Assembly (NCBI RefSeq): GCF_018977255.1
Contig: NW_024704742.1
Span: 68,140,001-68,204,000, forward strand
Reading direction: 5' to 3'
Origin: Callorhinchus milii
Lineage: Eukaryota
Length of the DNA stretch: 64,000 nt
Shown: positions 1 to 12,327 of the stretch, one piece after another
Layout of the letters: each line of letters starts with the position of its first letter
Numbering within the stretch: position 1 is the first letter of the stretch
The notes under the pieces: model-generated
What the model was told of the DNA's origin: nothing
Database searches by the model: none
The model's input: the letters and a program-made list of their open reading frames with translations, nothing else
Program-made: the position numbers and the translations under genes

Positions 1-279
1 TGATCAAAAAAAATTATCACGTCATCGCAGTGTATCCTGTGAATCTCAAAGCGGTTCACAGGATACACTGTAAAGTGGATTGACTGTATTTTGTGGGAGA
101 AATGCTATGTAAATAAAAGTAAATTGAGACCCAGATAGAATTCCAGCCCAAATCCGACACCTCAAGGAGTGAAGGGTAGGAAACTGCTGGAGATTTTGAA
201 GGGTGAGGAGCTGCTAGTCAAGACACAGGAAGCAGCCTGAGTGGCAGGAATCACAATAAGACTTCAATTTCCTACCTAC

Positions 280-315
280 CTCACAGCCAGCAATTCACAG
301 CTGTCAGACATAATG
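280..315 (-). other. Candidate 36-nt exon of a minus-strand transcript
   Basis: Minus strand reads aatttatattttcag|CATTATGTCTGACAGCTGTGAATTGCTGGCTGTGAG|gtaggt. It has an AG acceptor, a GT donor and one open frame (IMSDSCELLAV). No homology recognised. Confidence 0.35.
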
Positions 316-484
316 CTGAAAATATAAATTGCCTGACGGCTCAAAGGGTGATATTTCTTTAAACAGGAGGATTGTACTCACAGAATAGCTCTCCTGAGTC
401 AGTGAAACAAATCTTACCCACCTCAACAACACCCACCATTCCCCCAATACTGACACACACTCACACACACATTCATTCACATTC

Positions 485-757
485 AACAACAACAACAATA
501 ACAAAATTACATTTATAGAGCGCCTTTCACGTTGGGAGGACGTCCCAAAGCGCTGAACAGTCAGGTGTCGGGGCCCGAGCATTGGGACGAGGTGGTGAAG
601 GGGTGAGGGAAGGCAGAGAGGTGGGAGGGTGACCAAAGGCACGATCGAAGAGAAGAGTCTTGAGACCGGCTTGAAGGAGGCAAGGGAGGAAGCGAGGCGA
701 AGGGACCGTGGGATGGAGTTCCAGAGTGTGGGGGCAGAGAGGCTGAAAGCCCGACCA
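485..757 (-). mobile_element. L2 LINE 3' end, 5'-truncated
   Basis: Encodes the L2 ORF2 C-terminus ([16 protein letters not shown]), then the L2 3' motif gcgctttgggacgtcctcccaacgtgaaaggcgct and a (GTT)n tail. Confidence 0.9.
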
Positions 758-1228
758 CTCACTCACTCACACTCACTCACACGCACTCGCACACACTCAC
801 ACTCGCACAGGTTCTAAACCATCTATACCAGAAAACCGGACTCCATTCAGCACTTGAGCCGAGGTGACATATATAGAGTAACAACAACAATTTAAAATCA
901 CACAGCAAGTCTCAGAGCTGGCAGGGCGTCTGAACTGGTATGGGTGGGGGAGTTGAGTAGAAGAGTGGAAACGGGGGTGGGGGGCAGTGCGGAAGTGGCT
1001 GTAAAGGTCTTAAGGTAGGTTTAACCTAAGTCCTGATTGCCTGTTCAGGTGGATGTTAAAGATCCTCTTGGACTAATCGGAAAATAGTTTGTCCTCGTGT
1101 CCTGGCTGGCAAACCCCAGATTATATTGGTCACAAGCTTAATGGGACATCGCAAATTGGCTGCTGCATTCGCCTACAAAATACACAGTCACTGCACTTTA
1201 CAGTAAATTTTGTGAAACGCTTTGAGAC

Positions 1229-1507
1229 TTATTCCCAACGTGAAAGGTGGTAAATCAAGTGCAAAAACACGATCAAAGAGGAAAGTCTTGAGACGGACCT
1301 TGAAGGAGGTGAGGGAGGAGGCGAGGCAGACGGGCTCCGGAATGGAGTTCCAGAGGGTGGGAGCGGAATAGCTGAACGCCCAACTGCCGATGGTGGAGCG
1401 GGCAGGGCTGGGGACATGAAGCAGGCTCGCGCCCGCTGTGTGGGGGAGTTGGTACGGTGTTAACAGGTTGCAGAGGTAGGGAGGAGCAAGATCATGGAGG
1501 GCTTTAA
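1229..1507 (-). mobile_element. Degenerate L2 fragment next to a Deu-type SINE remnant (~1035-1228, +)
   Basis: Similar to the L2 C-terminal region at 44750-45000. Confidence 0.75.
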
Positions 1508-1603
1508 AAGGGAAACTCCCTTCTCTTTTTCCAAGTATTGTCAGGGGAGGGAGGGGAAACGCAGAGCCGGGGAGAAATCAAAGGACAACAGACGAAAGCT
1601 TAC

Positions 1604-1730
1604 CTCTGAGAGACCACCTCGTACCAATAACCGTGTCTGCGCACTCTCATAGAACATGTGAGAGATTATGTGAATATGTCACAGAATATGGCTCAGCGCC
1701 TCGCTTCCCCTCATTTGCAAATATTAGAAC
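1604..1730 (-). other. Candidate exon of a minus-strand transcript
   Basis: Strong donor CAGAG|GTAAGC at 1603 and a possible acceptor acaacag| at 1731, in non-repetitive sequence. Confidence 0.35.
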
Positions 1731-1962
1731 CTGTTGTGACAGATCGGCATTTCTCACACAACAACAATAATAATAATGGTAATAATAATAATTAATGATG
1801 ACAATATAATAATAATCATAATGTGGGGTTTTCTTTGCACAAGTCTCCAAACAAGATGTATTTCGATTAGAAGAAGAATCTCAAGAGTTCCTTAAAAATC
1901 CACAGGATTCCCACACCCGCTTCGCCACCTAAAAAAAATATTTTTATGACCCAAAATTATTG

Positions 1963-1990
1963 ATTGGCCCAACATTGTTGCTACGGCAAC
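1963..1990. promoter_or_regulatory. CCAAT box plus RFX X-box-like palindrome
   Basis: ATTGG at 1963-1967. GTTGCTACGGCAAC at 1977-1990 matches 12/14 of the GTTGCCATGGCAAC X-box consensus. Confidence 0.5.
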
Positions 1991-2129
1991 CTTTTTGAAG
2001 TGTGTTAATTCTCTCTCTTTTTTTACTCTCTTCTTTCGCTCTTGTCGGGGCCTGCCCTCTTACCCCTCCCTCCCTCCCTCCCTCCCTCCCTTCCCCGCAG
2101 TTTCTTCCCCCTTCTCACCCCTCCCACCC

Positions 2130-2306
2130 CATCCCTTGGTGGGTTCCATAAGCTGGATGGAGTTTGAGCAAAGCAGGAGGAGACTAAAACCTTGATCAGT
2201 GGAAGGGAATTGAAGAGACTTGAGAGAGCTCACTGCTGCCTGTGCCTGTGTGTGTGCTCCTGTGTTGCTGTGAGCACCTGAGGAGAACGGTTTCAGTGCT
2301 GAGCTG
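2130..2306 (+). other. Candidate non-coding first exon (start approximate)
   Basis: Lies downstream of the CCAAT/X-box and a C-rich tract, and ends in donor CTG|GTGAGT (2307-2312). Confidence 0.35.
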
Positions 2307-3514
2307 GTGAGTTGCCTGTCAATATTTATTACCGAGCTGCCCTTTTGGGTTGTTGCCATGTGATGTAATGCTGCCCGAAAACAGAACTGTTCACCCACAA
2401 AATGTGCAGTCAATTCACTTTACAGTATATTCTGTGAAGCTCTTTGAGATGGCTCAATAATATAAGACGCTGTATCAAATGCAAGGATTATTATTATTAT
2501 TAACAGAACTGAAAGCCTCTTTGCAGGTTGGCGATCTCGGAATGTTGACAGATTCACTGCCGCTCGCTCACCTTCATCTGACATTCAGCCCCTTCGCAGC
2601 TCTGACTCCAGCAGATTGTATCCCCAATACCACTCCCACCTTTATCGCTGACTGGACTTGAAATAGGCAGCTTTAACCTGTGCTGTCACAGTGAGCTCCT
2701 CTCACTAGAGTCAATCCACTTTACAGTATATTCTGACAAGCGCTTTGAGAGGTCTTGAAGATGTAATAAGATGCTATATCAAATGCAAGGATTATTATCA
2801 TTATTATGTTATTACAATTTAAATCGCTCTGTAGAGATAATTTCTAAATGCTTTTCAGTGATGGTCAGCCAGACCAATAACACTGCCACGTTACATTATG
2901 AATGAATGTTACTTTTAATATATTTGAGCTTCCTAAAATAGCTATTTTTTACAGGAGATTGATATTTTGTTCACCAGGTATCTTGTTAAGCCATTTCTGA
3001 ATAGTCTTATTGACAGTCCCAGTTGGACCGATGATTATAGGAACTATATTTGTTTGACATTACCAATTATGTCCTCATTCAATTTTTAGATCAATATATT
3101 TCCTTATTTTCTCTTGTTCCTTATTTTTCACATTGCAATCACTTGGGCACAGCCACATCAATAATACTACATGTACAATATAGCTGATTCTTTCTGATAA
3201 TATCTGTGTGTTACAGCTGATTGTCCTGTCTGTATTTACAGTACGTGTGATTCTCAGATTATCGAGATGTTTCTCCATGTCAGTTTTGCTGGTTATTATT
3301 ATTGCAGCCTTGTTTCCTCTATCCTTCTATCTCTCACTCTCCCTCCCTCCCTCCCTCTGTCCCTTCTTCCATCCCTCATTTCCCTCCACCCCACACTTTA
3401 TCCGTCAGGATACAGCGAAGAGATTCTAAATAACAGCAGTAATTGACGAATATAATGTATAGGTGCAGAGTGAGCATTCCTTGTTAGTCTAATTGGGGAG
3501 TGACATACAACAGG

Positions 3515-3990
3515 TCACAAGAGCACAAGATTGGTTGGGATGAAGCAAGTTCTTTGGCGCATCTCATCTCATCCCTCCAAAACACCCACCCTACCATCCT
3601 CCTCATCACAGCATCAAACTGCTTTTTTAAAATGCTTCTGGCCTCTACCACTCCTTCTGGTAACTTCTGAGTGAAGAAAAGCTCCCTGGTGTTTGTTTCG
3701 AAATTTCCCTTTACAACTCTGAACCTGTATCCTCTTGTTCTTTTGTCATGATAAAGTATTGATCTGGATTCACTTTTTCAAACCAATTTAAAATGTTGTA
3801 CACCTCTATCAGTTCCCCTCTGACTTATCTTCTCTCAAGACTGAAGAGCCCGAGCTTGTCCAGTCATTACTCACAGTTCATTCATCTAAAACTGGGGATC
3901 ATCCTCATTGGTCTGCACTGCCTCTAAGGCCTGGGCAACCCCCTATGTCACGTTGACCAGGACTGTGTGCAGTATTTAATGGTGGGCTGG
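3515..3990 (-). mobile_element. Old CR1 LINE 3' fragment
   Basis: Reverse complement resembles the CR1 C-terminal segments at 34490-34810 and 38985-39430. Confidence 0.6.
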
Positions 3991-6900
3991 CTCCCCGAAA
4001 GAGCTCGGGATTATCATGTAAAATGGGAGTGGAGATTTGTGGGGATGGGTGAGGGGCGTTGGTTTGTGGAAGGGCTCTGATTAATGTGGGGGGGAGGGAT
4101 GTCAAGAAGCATTAGAACATCTGTGTGATCAAAATTGCTTTCAGGCTTAAATGGAAGTTTTGAAGTTGCACGGGCAGTGGAGTGTTGGGATGGGGGGTAA
4201 GCCAATTCATGGGGGCATTTGTGCTGGTCCAGTTTCCTGTGTTCCCAGCCCGCCCCTGGCAGTAATCAAGGTGTGATCTGACCAGGGTACTGAATGATTT
4301 ATCAGTGCTCTAACAACTCCCCCGGCTGGCTGGATCAATGGGGGGACATCCGCTCCGGTGAGCTGGAATTTCCAGCTACATCTAATTACAATGTTGTGTA
4401 ATTACAATGTTGTGATTGTTTGAATCTTGCGAGCAGCAAAGTCAGAAAATAATCTGTCTTCTACCTGCGGGATTCAAACAATCGCAACTGAGTACTTAAG
4501 GACTCAGGTTCAATTTCCAGGCAGGGAGAAATCTGAGGCAAGTTTCCTTACTCCACATGCCTAGCAGTAAGTAGGAACCCGGTTGTTAGTTGATTGGTAG
4601 ATAACTTTCCCGGGGTGATAATCCCTTCAAACAATAATTTTTTTTTCACTCAATCCACTGAGGGATTCAAACCGAGTCAAAGTCGATATCCCAGGACAGA
4701 TTTTGCTGAGCGCAAATTGCCTGCTGTGTACACCTACAAATACACAGTTACTACATTTCGTAGTACTGTAATAGCTGGTGAAGTGCTTTGAGTTGTCTCG
4801 ATGACTTGATAAGGCACCAAATCACATTTTTAAAATGATGTATTTTATATAAACTGCCTCGAAGCGGTGACCAGAGTCCACCTTCTGCCTGCAGTGTAAC
4901 CAGGTCATTATTTACCGTGCATCAAACATTAAAAGCCTGGGGTAGATTGGAGTAGAATGCCAGACCGAGTGGAGTGGGCAGTTAAGTGTGACAAGCTAGA
5001 GAAAGGCAGCTCCTGGCCTGACAGACAAGAATCTGTTGCCTCGAATTAATCCCAGCATCTGAAGCCCGTGATGCATTTGAGAAGACTTCAAACCAAAGTC
5101 ATTGCATGAGCAGGCGTGTTCAGGTGGGGAGCTTGTGAGGGTGAAACAGGGGAAATGGGGAATGTGAACCTGGCCACATTGTTGACAGGATGAGGATAAG
5201 CAGCCCTGCGGTTGATTCTAATTGAACTCCCCGGTTATCCCTTACCTGTTTGTTATTCTGATTACCCTCACATACTGTCAGACAAGCCAACTCACTCGAT
5301 GCCCCTTTCACATCTCTGGCTTATGTCCCAATGACCTAGCTTCTGATTTGCTGAGACCCCACAGAGCATCATTTGTTCAGGCAAGGCCTTTGAGAGCAGC
5401 ATGTCTTGGCTCTCCTGCTATGAATTGTGCTGTGTAATATAAAAGGGGTGTGAATGTGCATTCATGTTTGTTTTTAGTGGGGGCGGAATTATATATTGTA
5501 CAAGACTTTTTAAGAATCCTGTGGAACATTCCCAGAGGGATATAAGCACATTTGCCGATGTTAGGCTGTCTCAACTTCAGCACCCTGGATTAGAAGTTTC
5601 AACAACAACTATTACTACTATTACTAGTAGTAATAATAATCCTTGCATTTGATGTAATGCTTTATCACATGTTGCGATGTCTCAAAGCACTTCACAGAAT
5701 ATACTGTAAAGAGAACTAAGTATGTATTCTGTGGGTGAAACGCAGCAGCCAATTGTGCACAGAGGGGTAGTGGCGGAGATTGACACCGAGCCAGGGAGAG
5801 ATGGGAGGTGACGGTAGGCATGGTCCAAGAGGGAAGTCTTCTTGGGTTTCACACCCAAGATTGGGGTTTTCAATTCAGAGTCCAGGCTGACCCTCCTGTG
5901 GAGCGTTATATTGTTGGAGGATCCGTCCTCACACCGAGGACTCGCCCGGCTGCTCAGGTGGTACATTAAAAACCCTGGTGGTGCTAACTGAAAAGAGAAG
6001 GGAATTCTCCTGGTGTTCAACAGTTCCCGAGATGAAATTGATCATTTGCCTCATGGCTGTTTCTGGGACATTGAGGTTTTACAATATATTATATATAATG
6101 TAATATATTTGAGACTTTACAATATATTCTGTGAAGCCCTTTGAGAGGTCTCAATGACGTGATAAGACAAATGCAAACGCAAGGATTAGTATTATTGTTA
6201 TTGCCGAGTGTAAAATTGGCTTCCGCGTTTTCCAGCAGTTATTTCCCTTTGCAGCAATTGCCTGAGAAGTGTGTTGAAGTTATTGGCTCCTCATCAAATG
6301 CAAAAATTGTTATTATTGTTCATTATGATGTGATTTTAAATGACATTAATGCATTTATTATACTGCGGGAGGTGAAGTGCTATTGCTTCCAGCAGTTCCT
6401 CCCCATGTGAAAGGCACTATATTAATGTCATTTGTTGTTGTTGTAAAGCGATTGTGAACTGAGAGCCCAGGTTCCTTCTGCTGCCAGTGGTACTGAGGGG
6501 AGTTCATTGTATTTGCAACTAAATGGGTGGCTCTGATACTGGGGTTCAGCTTCCTTTTACTGTTACTGCAACGTGACTACAGCGTTATGTTTCTTCAATG
6601 CTAATGAGTATATGAAGATAAACATAAAAGGATATGAGCAAAAAGGGCAGGTGGAGCACAGCTCAACTCCTACATTGCTCCTACAGAGAACCAACATAGC
6701 TTCCATGGCCAGGCCTCCATCTGTCCCATGAAGTTCCCTGATGAAAGATAATAATAGTACTTACATTTGATATAGTGTCTTTCACATTGGGAGGAAGCTT
6801 CACAGGATATACTGTAAAGTGCAGTGACTGTGTTTAGTGGGTAACTTTGGCAGCCAGTTTGCACACAGCAATGTCTTATAAACAGTTATGGATTGAGTGA

Positions 6901-7849
6901 CCAATCTATTTGGGGATTGTTGGCCAGGATACTAAGATAAGCTCCCTTTTTTTTCTTCTAATAGTGGCATGTGATCTTTAACATCCACCTGAACAGGCAG
7001 ACAGGACCTTGGTTTAACGTCTGTTGGGCCGAGGATTAAGTGAACAGAGATCTCTATTTTAGCAGGTGGTGTAAGCCCAAGTAGCGCAAGTGGGTTAATT
7101 AGGTAAACAGGGAAAAGGCTGGTTTCAATGAGTCTGTGAGTGAAACTCTGGTGGGTTAGTTCTAGTGGCGCCAATTAGCCCGTCGTTGTGTAGGAGCTGC
7201 ATTATTTTCAAAGAGATTATCAAAGGGGGAAAATTGTTAATGGGAATTAGAAAGGCAATCTAGCCTCCAAAGATATTTCAGGAAAATGACGTCCTATTGC
7301 ACAGTGAAAGATAAAAGTCTAATCTCTCCCATGGTTATTGTAAGTTGCTCATATCCGTGGGTTCTGCACTGATTTATGATATTAATACTTCCATTTCATA
7401 GCACCTGATAATGTCAAAATATCTTCAAAGCATTTGCAGGTTTAATTGCTATTAAGTATAGTGACTGACTTGTAGGCAAATGCGGCAAAATGTACAACCA
7501 TTTTGTGTTAGACTTTTCAAGTTAACTGAGAACTGTGGAAAATTCCTTGTTTCAGCCTTAAATTTAAGCTGTTTTTTCATCACAATGGTGGGGAAAAAAC
7601 GGCTTCCAAGTTGAGACAAAATTTTAAGGTAAAGTGGTCTCATGGGCTAAGAGTGGATGGAATTTCAAACCTACAACAACAACAACAAGGAATTGCATTC
7701 ATACAGCATCTTTCATGTCGGGAGGACCAACAATGAAGGTTGGTGGCTCAACCTTTCAGTTCATGCCTTGTCTCCGATAGACGGTATTAAATTGTGTACT
7801 CTTGCTTTTCCAATGCCTTCCACAGCTCCACTGTCCACAAACTAGTAAC

Positions 7850-9020
7850 TGATTCAGAACTCTGCCGCCCAGATGCTCACCCACACTGAGCTCCATATCC
7901 CCATGACACCAGTCCTCACCAGGCTCCACTGGCTCCTTATCACAGAACAAATGGATTTCAACTCGTCTACAAATCCCTTCCTGCCCTGGCACCTCACTAC
8001 ATTTCCTACCTGCTTTCTCCCCACTCCACCACCCACTGCTTCCGCTCCAGTATCAGCGGCCTCGCTTTCAGCCACTACCTTGGGACTTGAGGGACTCGGG
8101 TGTCCTTGTACACCAATCACAGAGAGTTAGTCTGCAGGTGCAGCAGCAATTAGGAAGGCGAACGGTATGTTAGCATTCATTATGAAAGGATTAGAGTATA
8201 AGAGTAGGGAAGTCTTGCTGCAACTGTATAGGGCCCTGGTGAGACCACACCTGGAATACTGTGTGCAGTTTTGGTCTCCTTATTTAAGGAAAGATGTCCT
8301 TGCCTTGGAGGGGCTGCAGCGTAGATTTACTAGGTTAGTGCCAGGGATGAAGGGGATGAGTTATGAGGATAGGCTGACCAATTTGAGCCTATATTCTCTA
8401 GAATACAGAAGAATTAGAGGGGATCTTATAGAAACCTATAAGATCATCAAAGGGTATGATAAAGTAGATAGTGGGAGATTGTTTCTACTGGTTGGAGAAA
8501 CTAAAACCAGGGGACACAATCTTAAAATCAAAGGCCAGCCCTTTCGCACTGAGTTGAGGAAGAAGTTCTTCACTCAAAGGGGGGTGCATGTATGGAACTC
8601 ACTATGCCAAAGGGCTGTTGACGCTCAGTCCTTGAACATATTCACGACTGAGATAGATAGATTTCTTATGAAAGGGATTAAGGGATATGGGGATAAGGCA
8701 GGGTCAGATTATTAGCTGGAGTTAGATTAGAAGATCAGCCATGATTGAATGGCGGGGCAGGCTCGAAGGGCCAAATGGCCTACTCCTGCTCCTACTTTAT
8801 GTTATGTTACCTCTAAAGCTTTGGAGCCCTTTCCCTCAGTCCTTCCTTCTTGCCCACTTCCTTCCCTCTTTTAGATCATGACTAAAGAGTTTCCTTTTCG
8901 ACCGTGCTCATGGTCACCTCCTCCCTCTCTCCGACTCACCATCAGGCTTCTCGCACTGTGCACCACTCTGAGACACTACCCCAAGTAAAGGGCGCTATAT
9001 AAATGCAAGTTGTTGTTGTT
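7850..9020 (+). mobile_element. Degenerate L2 3' fragment split by a CR1 insertion
   Basis: TPVLTRLHWL motif at the left. The L2 resumes at 8813 and ends in aaagggcgctatataaatgcaagttgttgttg. Confidence 0.8.
8081..8807 (+). mobile_element. CR1 LINE 3' fragment (ORF2 C-terminus, ORF 8167-8715)
   Basis: Peptide LYRALVRPHLEYCVQFWSP...RRIRGDLIETYKI...TRGH...FFTQR...WNSL. CR1 3' UTR ccaaatggcctactcctgctcct, (TTATG) tail, TSD TACCT at 8076-8080 and 8808-8812. Confidence 0.95.
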
Positions 9021-9502
9021 GGTTTCTTGATCGGGGACAGATAACAGCTTGAGACCAGACCACGTCACCCAAGAGAAATCTCGTAAGTCACTTAGTGAAA
9101 GATGCTCTAAAGACAGGATTTCTCAACCCACAGATCACCATCTAAAATTAGGTTCTCAGAATGTGTCAAAGGGTCGCAAACAGATTTTGAAAATTCATGC
9201 ATTTTGTTTTTTTTAACAATCAATGAATGCCACTGCATGTTAATGATGTGCGTGAGCTTCCACCTCAAGCACTGCTGCTTCTAAATTCTCAATGTTCAAC
9301 AACAACCAGCTGATGACAGCACAGCCCGGCCTGGCTCATCGGCAGGACCTGGAAGGGCAGACCAGTCACTGGGGACAGAGAGTCATCCCACTCAGCTCCT
9401 GTTAACCCTGCAAGTCAAAGCCCTAACAGGTGATCCTAGATGGGCAAATAGCATGAAAGCTTGTTAGACAGCAATATCAGTGGCAAGCTACGTGGTTTTA
9501 CA

Positions 9503-10165
9503 ATAACGACAACAAATTACATTTGTAAAGTCCCTTTCACATCGGGAGAACGTCCCAAAGTACTGAACAGTCAGGGATCTGGACTCGAGCAGGTAGTTGG
9601 GATCAGGGGATGTGGAGGGCAGGGAAGGTGGGGGTAGAAGGGTGGCCAAAGGCGTGGTCGAAGGAGGGTCTTGAGATGTGCCTTGAAGGAGGCAAGGGAG
9701 GAACAAAGTGAAGGGACTGTGGGTTGGAGTTCCAAAAGGTGCTGACAGTGAGACTGAAGGCCCGACTGCCGATGGTGGAGCGGGCCAGGCGGGGGGACAT
9801 GGAGCAGGTCACAGCCTGCTGAGTGGAGGGAGCAGACAGGTTGATATGGCGTTAGCAGGTCAGAGAGCTAGGAAACAGCAAGGCCATAGAAGACCTTGAA
9901 GGCGAGGATGAGGATTTTGAACTCTATTCTCTGGGGGATGGGGAGCCAGTGGAGCCAGGCCAGGGTGGGGTGAAAGGATCATGGAGCCTGGTGCAGGAGA
10001 GGACATGAGCTGCAGAGTTCTGGATGATCTGCAGCTTGTGGAGTGAAGAGATGGGAAGGCCGCCAAGCAGGGAGTTAGCGTAGTCGAGCCTGGATGTAAT
10101 AAATGCGCAAATGAGGGTTTTGGCAGCCTAAGGGGAGGGGCAGTGGCGGACCAGGTGTTGTTGCG
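9503..10165 (-). mobile_element. L2 LINE 3' fragment
   Basis: IGSRAFSL...WNS motif, L2 3' motif and CAA tail at the left end. Confidence 0.85.
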
Positions 10166-11997
10166 AAGGTCAGGTCACTGCATAGCAATTTGAGATCACT
10201 GCATGGTGATGTGAAGTCATACATAGCGACGAGAAACTATCCTTCTTACATTCCCAAATGGGTACATTTGAAATGTAACTGTGTATGTGTGCATATTGCA
10301 GTCCTATCTTTCAGTTGACCGCGAGATTTTCATTGTGAGCACACTAAAACCCCTAGTTATTTCTTATTGTGTAATGTAATGTGCTCGTGCAATTTCAACT
10401 CAGTCCAGCTTTGTCGTCCGTAAAATGGGACTACGGCAGGTGGAGTCTGTGAAGTGCTGGATTCAACTCGTGCCGTTGACGTCACCAGGTTCCTGGCCCT
10501 TTGCTCACATCAGCAGCAGGAAAAAATATCAGGACTCAATATGCTCAATGAGCTCTCAGCATTTTTGCACATCCTGCTCGCTGCTTTCCTGAAGCACTGT
10601 GGAGCATGCTGGTTCCTCACCCAGTGTGGAGTTTATCTCTCAGCACAGAAGAGTAACAGCTGAGCCTGGAAAGGGGGGAACAGCCGAGGGAAGAGGAATC
10701 AAATCAAAGGACACCCAGAGGCAACAGCTATTAGGAAGGTAAAAGCTTTTCCGTGCGTGAGTGAGTTTGTGTACGGTCGGTGGATTTGGTAGCATTGCTT
10801 ACATAAACCCTATTTGTTACATAAACGGCAGCAAGTTCATTAAAACCATTAACTGTACCGCTTGATTTCAGAGATAATTACCACTGTGTCTGTCCACCCC
10901 CACAACCCATCCCACCTTCCTCAACCTTCCCTTCCCCTTTGCTCTTTCTTTTTGCATAAAAGTCTAGAATTATCTTGTTAGTGGACGGAAGTCAATTTCC
11001 ACGGCAGCTGCAATTGGTTTCCTTTTTCGGCTTAATTACCACATCCTTGGGGTTTCCAATCAGCATTAATGGCTGCCAGTTACAGTGAAAGTACATTGGC
11101 AACCAATTAAACAGTAACTTTGAACGCACAGTCCAGGTTGACACTTGAATGCAGTGCTGTGGGGAAAAGCTCTGCATTGTCAGGGGTGTGGTCCTTAGGA
11201 TGAAATGTTAAACCGGGTACAGTCTGTCTGTTCAGGTGGATGTTAAAGATCCCATGGCACTATTAGAAAAGAGGAGGGAATTTCTCTCTCCTGGTGTCCT
11301 AGCTAACAGTCCCCCAGATAAAATTGGTGACTCACATCACTGCTCTTTGTGAATAGCTGACTTCAGAAGCATACCAAGCAGCAACAACAACAAATTCCAC
11401 AAATTACAGAGCCTTTAATGTCAGGAGGTTGTCGCAAGCAGCTGGACAATGGGGGTTTGTACCTGAGCTCTGGTTGAGACCAGAGCGGGGTGGAGGGCAA
11501 GTGGGGATGGTGGAGGAGAGCAGATGATCATAGAAAACCCTGGGATCCCAGCAACCCCAGTGAAGACACTCGTGAGAATGGTTGCCAGTTACCTAGTTAC
11601 ATTACATGGTTCATTGATATCTTCGGTGATGTTGCTGCCAAACTAGAAGTGATGATCTGCAATTGCTATATAATGCGACCTGTAAGAACATAGAGCTCAA
11701 ACCACTGCAGTACGATGGGGTTCTCTGAAACTCCATCCCACAGTCCCTCGCCCCCTCCCTTGCTTCCTTCAATTTGGTACAGGTCCTTTTACATCAGGAG
11801 GACGTCCCAAAGTGTTTCACAGGATTTACTGTAAAGTGACTATGTGATTTGTAGACGAATGTGGCAGCCAATTTGCATATGGCAATGTCCCTCAATCAGC
11901 TGCAAAGTAAATAACAATTTTATGTGATAAGACAGATTAATAGATATGTTCACAACATGATTAATATCTATATGTCGTAGAAACATAGATTTATTTT

Positions 11998-12100
11998 GAA
12001 TTCTGATGAAGGGTCGTGGACCCGAAACGTTGACTTACTTTCCTTTCTCCATAGATGCTGCCTGACCTGCTGAGTGTTCCCAGCGACTTCTGATTTTGTT
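11998..12100 (+). mobile_element. Penelope-like (PLE) mini-insertion with minimal hammerhead core
   Basis: CTGATGA-A-GGGTC-gtg-GACCC-GAAAC-GTT at 12003-12031, with a 13-bp TSD ATAGATTTATTTT at 11985-11997 and 12101-12113. Confidence 0.7.
12003..12035 (+). ncRNA. Putative minimal type-I hammerhead ribozyme motif
   Basis: Intact CUGAUGA and GAAA boxes, 5-bp stem II, palindromic ACGU stem III and GUU cleavage triplet. Stem I is weak. Confidence 0.5.
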
Positions 12101-12124
12101 ATAGATTTATTTTATTTTATTGCA

Positions 12125-12327
12125 TTTGCCTTCAAGGCTGGTCTCAAGACCCTTCTCTTCGACTGTGCCTTTGGTCACCCTCCCACCTTTCTACCTTCCC
12201 TGCCCCCCCACACCACCCCCACTCCCCCATGCTCGAGCCCCAACACCTGACTGTTCAGCGCTTTGGGACGTCCTCCCGACATGAAAGGCGCTCTGTAAAT
12301 GTAATTTTGTTTTTGTTTGTTGTTGTT
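12125..12327 (+). mobile_element. L2 3' end
   Basis: cagcgctttgggacgtcctcccgacatgaaaggcgct followed by a GTT tail. Confidence 0.85.

Noticed and set aside
2688..7320. CACAGTG heptamers suggesting V(D)J recombination signals
   Set aside because: No nonamer at 12/23 spacing and no V or J segment peptide seen.
1575..10712. Shared 13-mer AAATCAAAGGACA (TCF/LEF-like) near 1575 and 10701
   Set aside because: Too short, with no extended similarity; chance is not excluded.
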